Assembly: GCA_041178545.1 (NCBI GenBank)
Contig: JBEGVB010000009.1
Coordinates: 33,276-97,275, forward strand
Direction: 5' to 3'
DNA length: 64,000 nucleotides
Source: Planctomycetota bacterium
GTDB taxonomy: Bacteria > Planctomycetota > UBA1135 > UBA2386
Part shown: in pieces, positions 7,004 to 15,491 of the stretch
How the letters are laid out: every line of letters starts with the position of its first letter
Numbering within the stretch: the first letter of the stretch is position 1
Notes under the pieces: model-generated
Told to the model about the DNA's origin: nothing
Seen by the model: the letters and a program-made list of their open reading frames with translations, nothing else
Database searches by the model: none
Made by a program: the position numbers and the translations under genes

Positions 7004-9124
7004 TCACTGCACGAACTTGAACTCGTTGCTGTTGCACAGCACCCACACCAGGTCGCGCACGCCCTGGTCCTTCTCCACCGTGAGGATCGACCGCCACTCG
7101 TCGAGTTCGGCCTCGCTGGGCCTGCGCGAGAGCACGGTCAGGTAGGCGACCTCCACCCTCGCCGTGGCGGTGTCGGCTGCCTCGAGGTCGCGGCGCAGGG
7201 CCGACCCGGCTGCCAGCACCCGCTGGTCGAGGAACCCGTTCATCAGGGTGAGCACCTGTGGCACCGAGCCCTCGCGGCTGGCGCCGTCCACGGTCTCCCG
7301 GTCCGACTGGCCGAACTGCCGCAGCAGGTGGCTCGCCGGCGCCGGCTGGGGCAGGTCGACGGCCCGCATCAGGCTGTTGTCGTTCGCATTCGCGGCACCG
7401 ACTCGTTGCAGTCGTTCCCCGGGGATGGTGAAGCCGAGGGCGCGGATCTCGTCGGCGAGCTTCTGGCTCGCGATCAGGTCGCCGCGGCGCCGTGCTGCGA
7501 GGTACTCACGGAACAGCGGCTGAGCCCGCTCCTCGAGGCCCTTCTGCTCCGCAAGGCGCTTCTCCGCCTCCTGCCGCGCTCGCTCGCGCTGTTGCGCCTG
7601 GAACGCCTGTGGGTCGCTGACGCGGAGCCCGGCGCGTTCGACCATCTCCTCGAGGGCCGTCTCGTCGGCCCGTGCGACCTCGTCGAACCGCTCGTAGACG
7701 TCCTTCGCGCGTGCGTCGCTCGGGCGCAGCCGCTGGTCGAGGTCGTCCATCACCAGGGCCAGCATGGAGTCCCACATCTGCTCCGCGGTCATGCGCTGGA
7801 GGAGCGGCCCAGCGAACTGGAACGGCTCGAGGCTGCCGTTGTCGTGTTCCACTGCTGCGCGCTGGAACAGCTTGGTGTTGAGCAGCACCCGCTGGAACTG
7901 GCGCAGGTCCCAGTCGAGTTCGCGCACGAGCGAGGCAAGGTGGTCGAGGAGCGCCGGGTCGAGCGGCTTGGTGCTGTCGCGCAGGTCGTCGACGGGCTCG
8001 ACCAGCCCGCGTCCGAAGGTGCGCTGCCACACGCGGTTGGCGATGACCTGCGCGAAGCGCGGGTTGTCTCGCGCCGTGAGCCACTCCGCGAAGCGGTTGC
8101 GGGACTCCACCGGTGTGGCCGGGGTCGCGCTCGCACGCGGCGCCTGCCGCGCGCGCGGCCGGGCCGCCGTCTCCTGGGCCTTCGGCCTGGGGAGCTTCAC
8201 GTCCGCACCGAAGATGGTGCTGGCGAACACCGGCTCCTTCGGCTTGGCGTCGTCGTACTTGTAGTCGTCCGGCAGGCGTTCGACACCGGTGCCCGTGCCC
8301 TGGATGCCCGCATCGAGGTTCTGCAGGATCTGGCGCGCGGCCTGCTGCTCCGCGCGCGAGCCACCGCGCGCGATCTCACGGACCTTGGCTGCCGCGGCAG
8401 CAGTCGCGCCGGGGCTGCGGTACTGGATGCCGCCGAAGAAGGCGGCCATCTCGAAGAACTGCTTCTGGGTCCACTTGTCGCTGGGATGGTTGTGGCACTG
8501 GGCGCACTCGAGCCGCGTGCCGAGGAACAGCCGCAGCGTGTTGGCCATGGCGTCGTGCGGCATGCCGAGGTCGCGCAGCAGGAAGCCCGTGGCCCCGTTG
8601 CCGCGCTCGTGGGCAGGGCCCTCTGCCGTCAGCATGGCCCGCACGAACTCGTCGTAGGGCATGTCCGCTGCGATCGCGCTGCGGATCCAGTCGAGGAACG
8701 GCTCGCCGCTGACCTGGCGCATCAGGCGGGTGCGTGCGCGCAGCAGGTCGGCCCACCAGTTGGTCTCGTGGGCGGTGCGCCCGGGGGAGTCGAGCAGCCG
8801 GTCGAGCAGTGCCGAGCGGCGGTCCGGCGACCCGTCGGCGAGGAAGGCGTCCAGTTCGGCGAGGGTGGGGACCCGTCCGACCACGGTGAGGTGGGCGCGC
8901 CGGGCGAACGTGAGGTCGTCGAGTTCGGCAGCCGGCTGGACCCCGGCGCGGCGGAGGCCCTGCTCCAGCAGTTGGTCGATGCGTGCCGCCTCGGCCCGGA
9001 CCCTGGCCGCGGGAAGGCCCTGCTGGACGCTCTCCTTCGGGGCCTGTGCCCATGCCATCGGCGCCGTCAGGCCGGCAAGGACGGCTGCGGCCAAGAGGAT
9101 GCACTGTTGCTTCAGGTTGCGCAT
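7004..9124 (-). CDS. DUF1549 (PSCyt2) / DUF1553 (PSD1) protein, no N-terminal PSCyt1 domain
   Basis: 706 aa. Signal peptide, then DUF1549-like region (FARRAHLTVVGRVPT..., CAQCHNHPSDKWTQKQF) and DUF1553-like C-terminus (PQVLTLMNG..., LCNSNEFKFVQ). Confidence 0.9.
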   Translation of the reverse strand: MRNLKQQCILLAAAVLAGLTAPMAWAQAPKESVQQGLPAARVRAEAARIDQLLEQGLRRAGVQPAAELDDLTFARRAHLTVVGRVPTLAELDAFLADGSPDRRSALLDRLLDSPGRTAHETNWWADLLRARTRLMRQVSGEPFLDWIRSAIAADMPYDEFVRAMLTAEGPAHERGNGATGFLLRDLGMPHDAMANTLRLFLGTRLECAQCHNHPSDKWTQKQFFEMAAFFGGIQYRSPGATAAAAAKVREIARGGSRAEQQAARQILQNLDAGIQGTGTGVERLPDDYKYDDAKPKEPVFASTIFGADVKLPRPKAQETAARPRARQAPRASATPATPVESRNRFAEWLTARDNPRFAQVIANRVWQRTFGRGLVEPVDDLRDSTKPLDPALLDHLASLVRELDWDLRQFQRVLLNTKLFQRAAVEHDNGSLEPFQFAGPLLQRMTAEQMWDSMLALVMDDLDQRLRPSDARAKDVYERFDEVARADETALEEMVERAGLRVSDPQAFQAQQRERARQEAEKRLAEQKGLEERAQPLFREYLAARRRGDLIASQKLADEIRALGFTIPGERLQRVGAANANDNSLMRAVDLPQPAPASHLLRQFGQSDRETVDGASREGSVPQVLTLMNGFLDQRVLAAGSALRRDLEAADTATARVEVAYLTVLSRRPSEAELDEWRSILTVEKDQGVRDLVWVLCNSNEFKFVQ

Positions 9125-9311
9125 GGACGGGCTCCCGTGGGTCGGGAGTGTAACGGATCCATCGGCGCGGCATCACCGCAGAGCGGAGGTCGCGGCCAGG
9201 TTGCGGACCGAGGCGGGACCGAGGCGCCGTGGCCCCCGAGAGCCCGGGGACCGCGGCGGTCGCTGGCATGGGCGCCTTGCCCCGGGTCCGTGGTGGCCCG
9301 GAGCAGGGGTC

Positions 9312-9338
9312 TCCACACCGGTGTGGAAACGGTTCCAC
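9312..9338. promoter_or_regulatory. candidate operator: TCCAC/GTGGA/TCCAC half-sites at 11-bp phasing (includes perfect 16-bp palindrome TCCACACCGGTGTGGA)
   Basis: Read directly. Palindrome at 9312-9327, second inverted repeat GTGGAA-ACGG-TTCCAC at 9323-9338. Lies 113 nt upstream of the glnN start in a 326-nt divergent intergenic region. Confidence 0.3.
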
Positions 9339-9450
9339 GCGCGGGTCGGCCAGGCGCTCCCGCGGCCCCGGGATGGATGCCTGCACCGTGGCGCGGCGGT
9401 GGGGGGATCCCTACCTTGTTTGCCGTCGAAATCGCACCCGGAGGTTTCCC

Positions 9451-11628
9451 GTGACCACGCCCGCCCGCGCCGCCGCCATCCAGAGCATTGCCTGCAAGAA
9501 GGCTCCGTCCAACCCGCCCCAGTCCGCACGCGTCCCCGACACCTTCGGCAAGGACGTCTTCGGCCTCGAGCAGATGCGCAGCCGCCTGCCCGACTCCGCC
9601 TGGCGTGCACTGCAGCGTTGCATGGACTCCGGCCATGAACTCGACCCCGCGCTGGCGGACCTCGTCGCCAACGCGATGAAGGAGTGGGCGATCGAGCGCG
9701 GGGCCACGCACTTCACACACTGGTTCCAGCCGATGACCGGTCTCACGGCCGAGAAGCACGACAGCTTCCTCAACGTCGAGGGTGGCCGCGTGCTGATGGA
9801 GTTCAGCGGCAAGGCACTGATCAAGGGCGAGCCGGACGCCAGCTCGTTCCCCAGCGGCGGCTTGCGCGCCACCTTCGAGGCGCGCGGCTACACCGCGTGG
9901 GACCCCACCTCGCCGGCCTTCATCCGCGTGACCGAGAACGGCTCGACGCTGTGCATCCCCACGGCATTCTGCTCGTGGACCGGAGAGGCACTCGACGAGA
10001 AGACCCCGCTGCTGCGCAGCGCAGAGGCCCTCAACCGCGAGGCGGTGCGGCTGCTGCGCGAGCTGGGTGACACGAAGGTGCACTTCGTCTACCCGACCCT
10101 CGGCTGCGAGCAGGAGTACTTCCTCGTCGACCGCGACTTCTACCTGCTGCGTCCCGACCTCATCGCGACGGGCCGCACGCTGTTCGGCGCGCGCCCGCCC
10201 AAGGGCCAGGAGCTGGAGGACCACTACTTCGGCTCGATCCAGCCCCGCGTGCTCGCCTTCATGCAGGACGTGGAGCGCGAGCTGTGGCACCTCGGCGTGC
10301 CGGCCAAGACCCGCCACAACGAGGTGGCTCCGAGCCAGTACGAGATCGCGCCCATCTTCGAGCGCAGCACGGTCGCTGCCGACCACAACATGCTGACCAT
10401 GGAGGTGCTCAAGCAGATGGCCCAGCGCCATGGCTTCCAGTGCCTCCTCCACGAGAAGCCGTTTGCCGGCATCAACGGGTCGGGCAAGCACAACAACTGG
10501 TCGCTGTCGACCGACTACGGTGACAACCTGCTCGAGCCCGGCCACACGCCTGCGGACAACATGAGGTTCATCGTGTTCCTCTCGGCCGTGGTGCGCGCCG
10601 TCGACCTGCATGCCGACCTGCTGCGCGTCTCCATCGCGCATGCCGGCAACGACCACCGGCTGGGCGCCAACGAAGCCCCGCCCGCCATCATCTCGATCTA
10701 CCTGGGCGAGCAGCTGAGCGAGGTCGTGGACGGGATCGTCAGTGGCGCCCGCGCAGGCAACCGCCAGCGCGAGCAGATGCGCCTCGGCGTGGGGGCGCTG
10801 CCGCCGCTCCCCAAGGACGCGACCGACCGCAACCGCACCTCGCCCTTTGCCTTCACGGGCAACAAGTTCGAGTTCCGTGCCGTCGGCAGCTCGCAGGCAA
10901 CGGCCCGTCCCAACACGGTGCTCAACACCATCATTGCGGACTCCATCGCCTGGATCGCGGACCAGATCCACGAGCTGAAGGCCAAAAAGGGCCTCGAGGG
11001 CGCCGTGAACGAGATCGTGCAGGCGACGCTCAAGCAGCACCAGCGCGTGATCTTCAACGGCAATGGCTACTCGAAGGAGTGGCACGAGGAGGCTGCCCGT
11101 CGCGGCCTGCCGAACTTCCGCAACGCGGTGGACGCGATCGGCAACCTGTGCGCGGCCAAGAACGTGGCCATGTTCGAGAAGCACGGCGTGCTGACCTCCA
11201 AGGAGGTCGAGTCGCGCATGAGCATCCAGTTCGAGGCCTACTGCAAGGCGATCTCGATCGAGGCCCAGAGCGCGCTCTCGATCGCACGCACCATGCTGTT
11301 GCCCGCTGCCCAGCGGCACCTCGGCACGGTGGCCCAGGGGGTCGTGGCGGCCCGTTCCGCCGGCCTCAAGGTCGAGCACCAGGAGCGCAGGCTGCACGCG
11401 CTCGGCGCCCTCGTCGAGCAGCAGGTGGCCGCCATCGACGTGCTCAACAGCGAGTTCGAGCACGCCGAGAACCACGCTGGCACGCCTGCAGAGCACGCAA
11501 CCACGCTGCGCGACAAGGTGGTTCCTGCCGTGAACCGTTTGCGCGAGGTCAGCGACGAGCTGGAGAAGATGGTCGACGACACGCTCTGGCCGCTGCCGAA
11601 GTACCGCGAGATCCTGTTCATGCAGTGA
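9451..11628 (+). CDS. glnN: glutamine synthetase type III
   Basis: GTG at 9451 preceded by GGAGG (9440-9444), 725 aa. [41 protein letters not shown] and [10 protein letters not shown] are typical of GSIII. The upstream part of ORF 9229..11628 was rejected. Confidence 0.9.
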   Translation: MTTPARAAAIQSIACKKAPSNPPQSARVPDTFGKDVFGLEQMRSRLPDSAWRALQRCMDSGHELDPALADLVANAMKEWAIERGATHFTHWFQPMTGLTAEKHDSFLNVEGGRVLMEFSGKALIKGEPDASSFPSGGLRATFEARGYTAWDPTSPAFIRVTENGSTLCIPTAFCSWTGEALDEKTPLLRSAEALNREAVRLLRELGDTKVHFVYPTLGCEQEYFLVDRDFYLLRPDLIATGRTLFGARPPKGQELEDHYFGSIQPRVLAFMQDVERELWHLGVPAKTRHNEVAPSQYEIAPIFERSTVAADHNMLTMEVLKQMAQRHGFQCLLHEKPFAGINGSGKHNNWSLSTDYGDNLLEPGHTPADNMRFIVFLSAVVRAVDLHADLLRVSIAHAGNDHRLGANEAPPAIISIYLGEQLSEVVDGIVSGARAGNRQREQMRLGVGALPPLPKDATDRNRTSPFAFTGNKFEFRAVGSSQATARPNTVLNTIIADSIAWIADQIHELKAKKGLEGAVNEIVQATLKQHQRVIFNGNGYSKEWHEEAARRGLPNFRNAVDAIGNLCAAKNVAMFEKHGVLTSKEVESRMSIQFEAYCKAISIEAQSALSIARTMLLPAAQRHLGTVAQGVVAARSAGLKVEHQERRLHALGALVEQQVAAIDVLNSEFEHAENHAGTPAEHATTLRDKVVPAVNRLREVSDELEKMVDDTLWPLPKYREILFMQ

Positions 11629-11643
11629 TCCCCGGCCTGGCCT

Positions 11644-11663
11644 GCCCGCCTACGCGGGCGGGC
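11644..11663. terminator. GC hairpin between convergent glnN and MFS genes (no U tract)
   Basis: GCCCGCC-TACGCG-GGCGGGC, 7-bp stem, overlapping the TAG stop of the MFS gene. Confidence 0.25.
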
Positions 11664-13032
11664 CCTGCCGACGCCGGGCCAGGAGCCGCTGCACCTGCTG
11701 CTGCTTGGCAGGCCCGAACCGGTGGCACCACAGGATGATGCCGGCGGACAGGAAGAAGGCGCCGACCACCGGTCCGAAGAGCAGCGCGATCGCCAGCTTG
11801 GTGCCCTCCGTCTGCGCCTCGTTGGGCACGAATCCAGCCTGCGCGAGTGCCCAGCCAGCGACCCACATGGCAGAGGCGCGCGACAGCTTGGAGGCAAAGC
11901 GCCACATTCCGAAGTAGCTGCCGGCGCGGTCGGTGCGCGTGTGCAGCAGGTCGAGGTCGATGACATCGGTGAGCGTGGAGTCGATCAGCGCGATCGAACC
12001 GACGAAGAAGCCGAGCCCGACGGCGCCGACCACCAGCGGCAGCGCGAAGTTGCCCTCGGGCAGCAGCGGGTAGACCACGGCCGTTGCGACGCCCAGCACC
12101 ACTGCGCCGACCACCGTGGGCATCTTCTTGCCGCGCCGTTTCGACAGCCCGATCCACACGGGCAGTGAGATCGTGAACGTCAGCAGGAACACGGCCAGCA
12201 TCGTCTGCACCTGGCCGTCGGACAGGCCGAGACGGTGGTCGTAGTAGTAGAGCGCCGTGATGCCGTTGATGCCGATGCCTGCCGTCGCGACGACGTAGGC
12301 GATGAGCAGCCAGCGGAAGGCTGGGTTGGCGAGGGTCGCCACGAGGTTTGTCACGATTGCCCCGCTGGGCGGCGGGGCATCCAGTCGCGGCATGTGGCGC
12401 GTGGACCACCACGCGACCAGGGCGCCGACCCCGACGGTGGCTGCGATGCCCAGGCTCGTGGGGCCCATGGCGTCGACGATGCGTGCGTCGGAGCCGACCA
12501 GTGCCGCTGGTGCCGCGACGGCGAGCACGGCACCGAGGTTTGCGGCGGCGAAGCGCCACCCGAACAGCACGCTGCGCTGGTGCGGGTCGGGCGTCATCTC
12601 GTTGACCATCGCCGTGTAGGGGACGGCCAGCACGGTGATGCCGGAGTTCAGCAGGGCGTAGGCACCGAGCAGCCACAGGAACTTGGCGTCCTGCCCCTCG
12701 AGGTCCGGCGGTTGGAACAGCAGCAGCAGGCCGAGTCCCAGCACCAGTGCGCCAGGGAGCAGCCAGAACCTGCGGCCGCCGAAGCGGTGGCGCGTACGGT
12801 CGGAGACCACTCCCATCACGGTGTCGAGGACCGCGTCCCACAGCAGGCCCAGTGCAGTGGCAAGGCCTGCGAGACCGGGGTCCAGGCCGACCCGGTCGGT
12901 GTAGTACACGAGCGTGTAGAGCCGCAACGCGGTCTCGACTGCGTTCAGGCCGACCTCGGCACTCGCGTAGCCGGCGGAGACGGCGGGGGACAGGCGCCCA
13001 CTCTGTGCTGGTACCGGTCCTGGGCGACTCAC
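11650..13032 (-). CDS. MFS transporter, glycoside-pentoside-hexuronide (GPH/MelB-like) family
   Basis: 460 aa, GTG start, 12 predicted hydrophobic segments. N-terminal GYASAEVGLNAVE...YYTD..GL and DAVLDTVMGVVSDRTRHRFGGRRFW resemble the GPH signature. Confidence 0.8.
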   Translation of the reverse strand: MSRPGPVPAQSGRLSPAVSAGYASAEVGLNAVETALRLYTLVYYTDRVGLDPGLAGLATALGLLWDAVLDTVMGVVSDRTRHRFGGRRFWLLPGALVLGLGLLLLFQPPDLEGQDAKFLWLLGAYALLNSGITVLAVPYTAMVNEMTPDPHQRSVLFGWRFAAANLGAVLAVAAPAALVGSDARIVDAMGPTSLGIAATVGVGALVAWWSTRHMPRLDAPPPSGAIVTNLVATLANPAFRWLLIAYVVATAGIGINGITALYYYDHRLGLSDGQVQTMLAVFLLTFTISLPVWIGLSKRRGKKMPTVVGAVVLGVATAVVYPLLPEGNFALPLVVGAVGLGFFVGSIALIDSTLTDVIDLDLLHTRTDRAGSYFGMWRFASKLSRASAMWVAGWALAQAGFVPNEAQTEGTKLAIALLFGPVVGAFFLSAGIILWCHRFGPAKQQQVQRLLARRRQGPPA

Positions 13033-13061
13033 GATGCGCGGATCCTACGCGCCAAAGCGGC

Positions 13062-13838
13062 TCAGCCGAAGCGTCCCTCGATGTAGTCGGCGGTCTCCTG
13101 CTTCTTCGGCGCCACGAACATGTCCTCGGTGGCCGTGTGCTCGACCACGCGGCCCATCAGCATGAACACGCACTCGTCGCTCGCACGCCGGGCCTGCGCC
13201 ATGTTGTGGGTGACGATGAGGATCGTGTAGTTGCCACGGAGGCGCCAGACCAGGTCCTCGACGGCAGCGGTCGCCTCGGGGTCGAGGGCCGAGCACGGCT
13301 CGTCCATGAGCAGCAGCGACGGCTTCACCGGCAGCAGTCTCGCGATGCACAGTTTCTGCTGTTCCTCGAGGGAGATCTCGGTCGCCTTGCGGTGCAGGCG
13401 GTCCTTCACCCGGTCCCAGAGCAACACCTCGCGGAGGCTCTCCTCGACCAGCCGGTCCTCCTCTGCACGCGAGACGCCGGTCTCGCGGTGCAGGCGGTGG
13501 CCGAACAGCACGTTGTCGCGGATCGAGAGCGGCAGCGGGTTGGGGCGCTGGAACACCATGCCGATGTTCTTGCGCACCTGGATGCGCGAGATGTCGGGGC
13601 CGTAGATGTCCTCGCCGAACACCCGGATCGTCCCCGTGGTGGACACGTACCCGAGACGCTCGTTGATGCGGTTGACGCTGCGCAGCAACGTCGACTTGCC
13701 ACAGCCCGAGGGCCCGATGAGCGCGGTCACCTTGCCACGCGCGATGCGGAGGTCGACCTCGTAAAGGGCCTGGAACTTGCCGTACCAGAGGTTGAGGTCG
13801 CGGACCTCGACCGCACAGTCCACCATGGTCTCAGCCAA
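13062..13838 (-). CDS. pstB: phosphate ABC transporter ATPase PstB (consensus Walker A/Q/B/H, degenerate signature ISLEEQ)
   Basis: 258 aa. GPSGCGKSTLLR, MVFQRPNP, LLLMDEPCSALDP, VTHNMAQA and C-terminal DYIEGRFG as in PstB. The signature motif reads ISLEEQQKLCIAR. Confidence 0.9.
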   Translation of the reverse strand: MAETMVDCAVEVRDLNLWYGKFQALYEVDLRIARGKVTALIGPSGCGKSTLLRSVNRINERLGYVSTTGTIRVFGEDIYGPDISRIQVRKNIGMVFQRPNPLPLSIRDNVLFGHRLHRETGVSRAEEDRLVEESLREVLLWDRVKDRLHRKATEISLEEQQKLCIARLLPVKPSLLLMDEPCSALDPEATAAVEDLVWRLRGNYTILIVTHNMAQARRASDECVFMLMGRVVEHTATEDMFVAPKKQETADYIEGRFG

Positions 13839-14610
13839 AGCGTCCCTCCAGGTAGTCGCGGGTCTTGGGGTGCTGGGTGCGGCCTGCGAACAGGTCCTCG
13901 GTGGGGGTGATCTCGACGCACTTCCCGGCCAGGAAGAACGCAGTGCGGTCGGCGAGGCGGCGCGCCTGCTGGACCAGGTTGGTCACCAGCACGATGGTCA
14001 TCTCCTCGCGCAGCTGCTTGAGGACCTCCTCGATGCGCATGGTGGTCACGGGGTCGACCGCGATCGAGAACTCGTCGAGGAGCAGCACCTCGGGGTCCTG
14101 GCTCAGTGCGCGTGCGATCGTGAGGCGCTGTTGCTGCCCGCCGGAGAGCAGGCTGCCGAGGCTCGTGAGCCGGTCCTTGACCTCGTCCCACAGGGCGGCG
14201 CGGCGCAGGCAGCGCTCGACGACCACGTCCAGCTCTGCCCTGCGGTGGATGCCACGCAGCCGCGGCGACAGTGCGACGTTGTCGTAGACCGACAATGGCA
14301 GGCCCACCGGCAGCGGGAACACCACGCCGATCAGGCGGCGCAACGCGTACACGTTGCGGATGTCGCGCAGGTTGCGCCCCGCGAACTCGAGGCTGCCGTC
14401 CACGACCATGCCGGGCGTGAGCAGGTCCATGCGGTTGAGGGCGCGCAGGAAGCTCGTCTTGCCCGAGTTCGCCGGGCCGATGATGCCGAAGATCTCGTTG
14501 CGCCGCACCTCGAGGTCCACGCCGCTGAGCGCGACCTTGCCGCGATAGCTGATCGCGAGGTCCTTGACTCGGATCTGTGGGGTACCGGTCGTCGCGGGGG
14601 GGGTCACCAC
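13831..14610 (-). CDS. PstB-like ATPase, second copy (consensus LSGGQ, degenerate Q-loop and H-loop)
   Basis: GTG at 14610 overlaps the pstA stop (GTGGTGA) and follows GGAGGAAGAA. 259 aa. GPANSGKT, VVFPLPVG (no Gln), LSGGQQQRLTIAR, LLLDEFSIAVDP, VTNLVQQA (no His), DYLEGRFG. Confidence 0.85.
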   Translation of the reverse strand: MVTPPATTGTPQIRVKDLAISYRGKVALSGVDLEVRRNEIFGIIGPANSGKTSFLRALNRMDLLTPGMVVDGSLEFAGRNLRDIRNVYALRRLIGVVFPLPVGLPLSVYDNVALSPRLRGIHRRAELDVVVERCLRRAALWDEVKDRLTSLGSLLSGGQQQRLTIARALSQDPEVLLLDEFSIAVDPVTTMRIEEVLKQLREEMTIVLVTNLVQQARRLADRTAFFLAGKCVEITPTEDLFAGRTQHPKTRDYLEGRFG

Positions 14611-15491
14611 TTCTTCCTCCTGCGCAGGTACATGCGGAAACCGATGGCGACCGAGTTGAGTGCCAGCACCACGAGGATCAGTGCGAGCGCGACGGCAAAG
14701 GGCAGTTCCCTCGGCACGCCGCTGATCTGCGTGGTGATGTTGTAGAGGTGCAGCGAGAGCACCATCGTCTTGTCGAAGACGCTCTCCGGCAGCACGCTGA
14801 TCATCACCGCGGCACCCGTGAACATGATGGGTGCCGTCTCGCCGACGCAGCGGCAGACCGCGAGGATGATGCCGGTGAGGATGCCGCTGCCGGAGTTGGG
14901 CAGCACCACGTGCCAGATGGTCTGCCAACGGGTCGCACCCATGCTCCAGCACGCCGCCCGGAACGACACGGGCACGGACTGCAGCGACTCGCGGGTTGCC
15001 ACGATCACCACGGGCAGGGTCATCACGGCGAGGGTGCAGCTGGCAGCCAGGATCGAGGCCCCGAACTTGAGGAAGTGGACGAAGGCACCGACGCCGAACA
15101 GTGCGTGGACGATCGAGGGCACGCCGGCGAGGTTGACGATGGCCGTCTGGATGGTGCGGGTCAGCCAGTTGTCGCGGGCGTACTCGTTGAGGTAGATGGC
15201 TGCGGCGACCCCGAGCGGCACGGCCAGCAGGAGGGACCCTGCGACCAGCCAGAGCGTGCCCACGAGCGCGGGGAAGATGCCGCCCGCGCGCATGCTGTTG
15301 CGCGGGAACTGGGTGAAGAACTCCGTCGACAGTGCGGGCCAGCCCTCGACGGCCAGCACGGCGAGGATCACCAGCACCGGCACGACCAGCACGAGGGTCA
15401 TGAACAGGGCGAGGACAGCGACCAGCTTCTGGGCGGTGAGGGCCTGCTGCTCGCGTGCCGTGGCGAGGAAGTGCGAAGGTGCGGGGGTCAC
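14604..15491 (-). CDS. pstA: phosphate ABC transporter permease PstA
   Basis: GTG at 15491 overlaps the pstC stop (AAGTGA). 295 aa. MGATRWQTIWHVVLPNSGSGILTG...GETAPIM is typical of PstA. Confidence 0.85.
   Translation of the reverse strand: MTPAPSHFLATAREQQALTAQKLVAVLALFMTLVLVVPVLVILAVLAVEGWPALSTEFFTQFPRNSMRAGGIFPALVGTLWLVAGSLLLAVPLGVAAAIYLNEYARDNWLTRTIQTAIVNLAGVPSIVHALFGVGAFVHFLKFGASILAASCTLAVMTLPVVIVATRESLQSVPVSFRAACWSMGATRWQTIWHVVLPNSGSGILTGIILAVCRCVGETAPIMFTGAAVMISVLPESVFDKTMVLSLHLYNITTQISGVPRELPFAVALALILVVLALNSVAIGFRMYLRRRKKW

Noticed and set aside
9262-9282. sigma54-like promoter TGGCAT-GGGCGCC-TTGC upstream of glnN
   Set aside because: The GG-to-GC spacing is 12 nt instead of the canonical 10 (TGGCAC-N5-TTGC), so it does not fit the -24/-12 geometry.
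9243-9372. Long-range 13-bp GC inverted repeat (CCCGGGGACCGCGG ... CCGCGGCCCCGGG) that could enclose the glnN upstream palindrome in a large stem
   Set aside because: Both arms are built from the self-complementary hexamers CCCGGG and CCGCGG, which are common in this GC-rich DNA. My rough estimate of chance occurrence is not small (order 0.1), so I did not report it as a structure.
9125-9450. Glutamine (glnA-type) riboswitch upstream of glnN
   Set aside because: I looked for the conserved ACGGAAG / GAAGGAA-type core and pseudoknot layout and did not find it.
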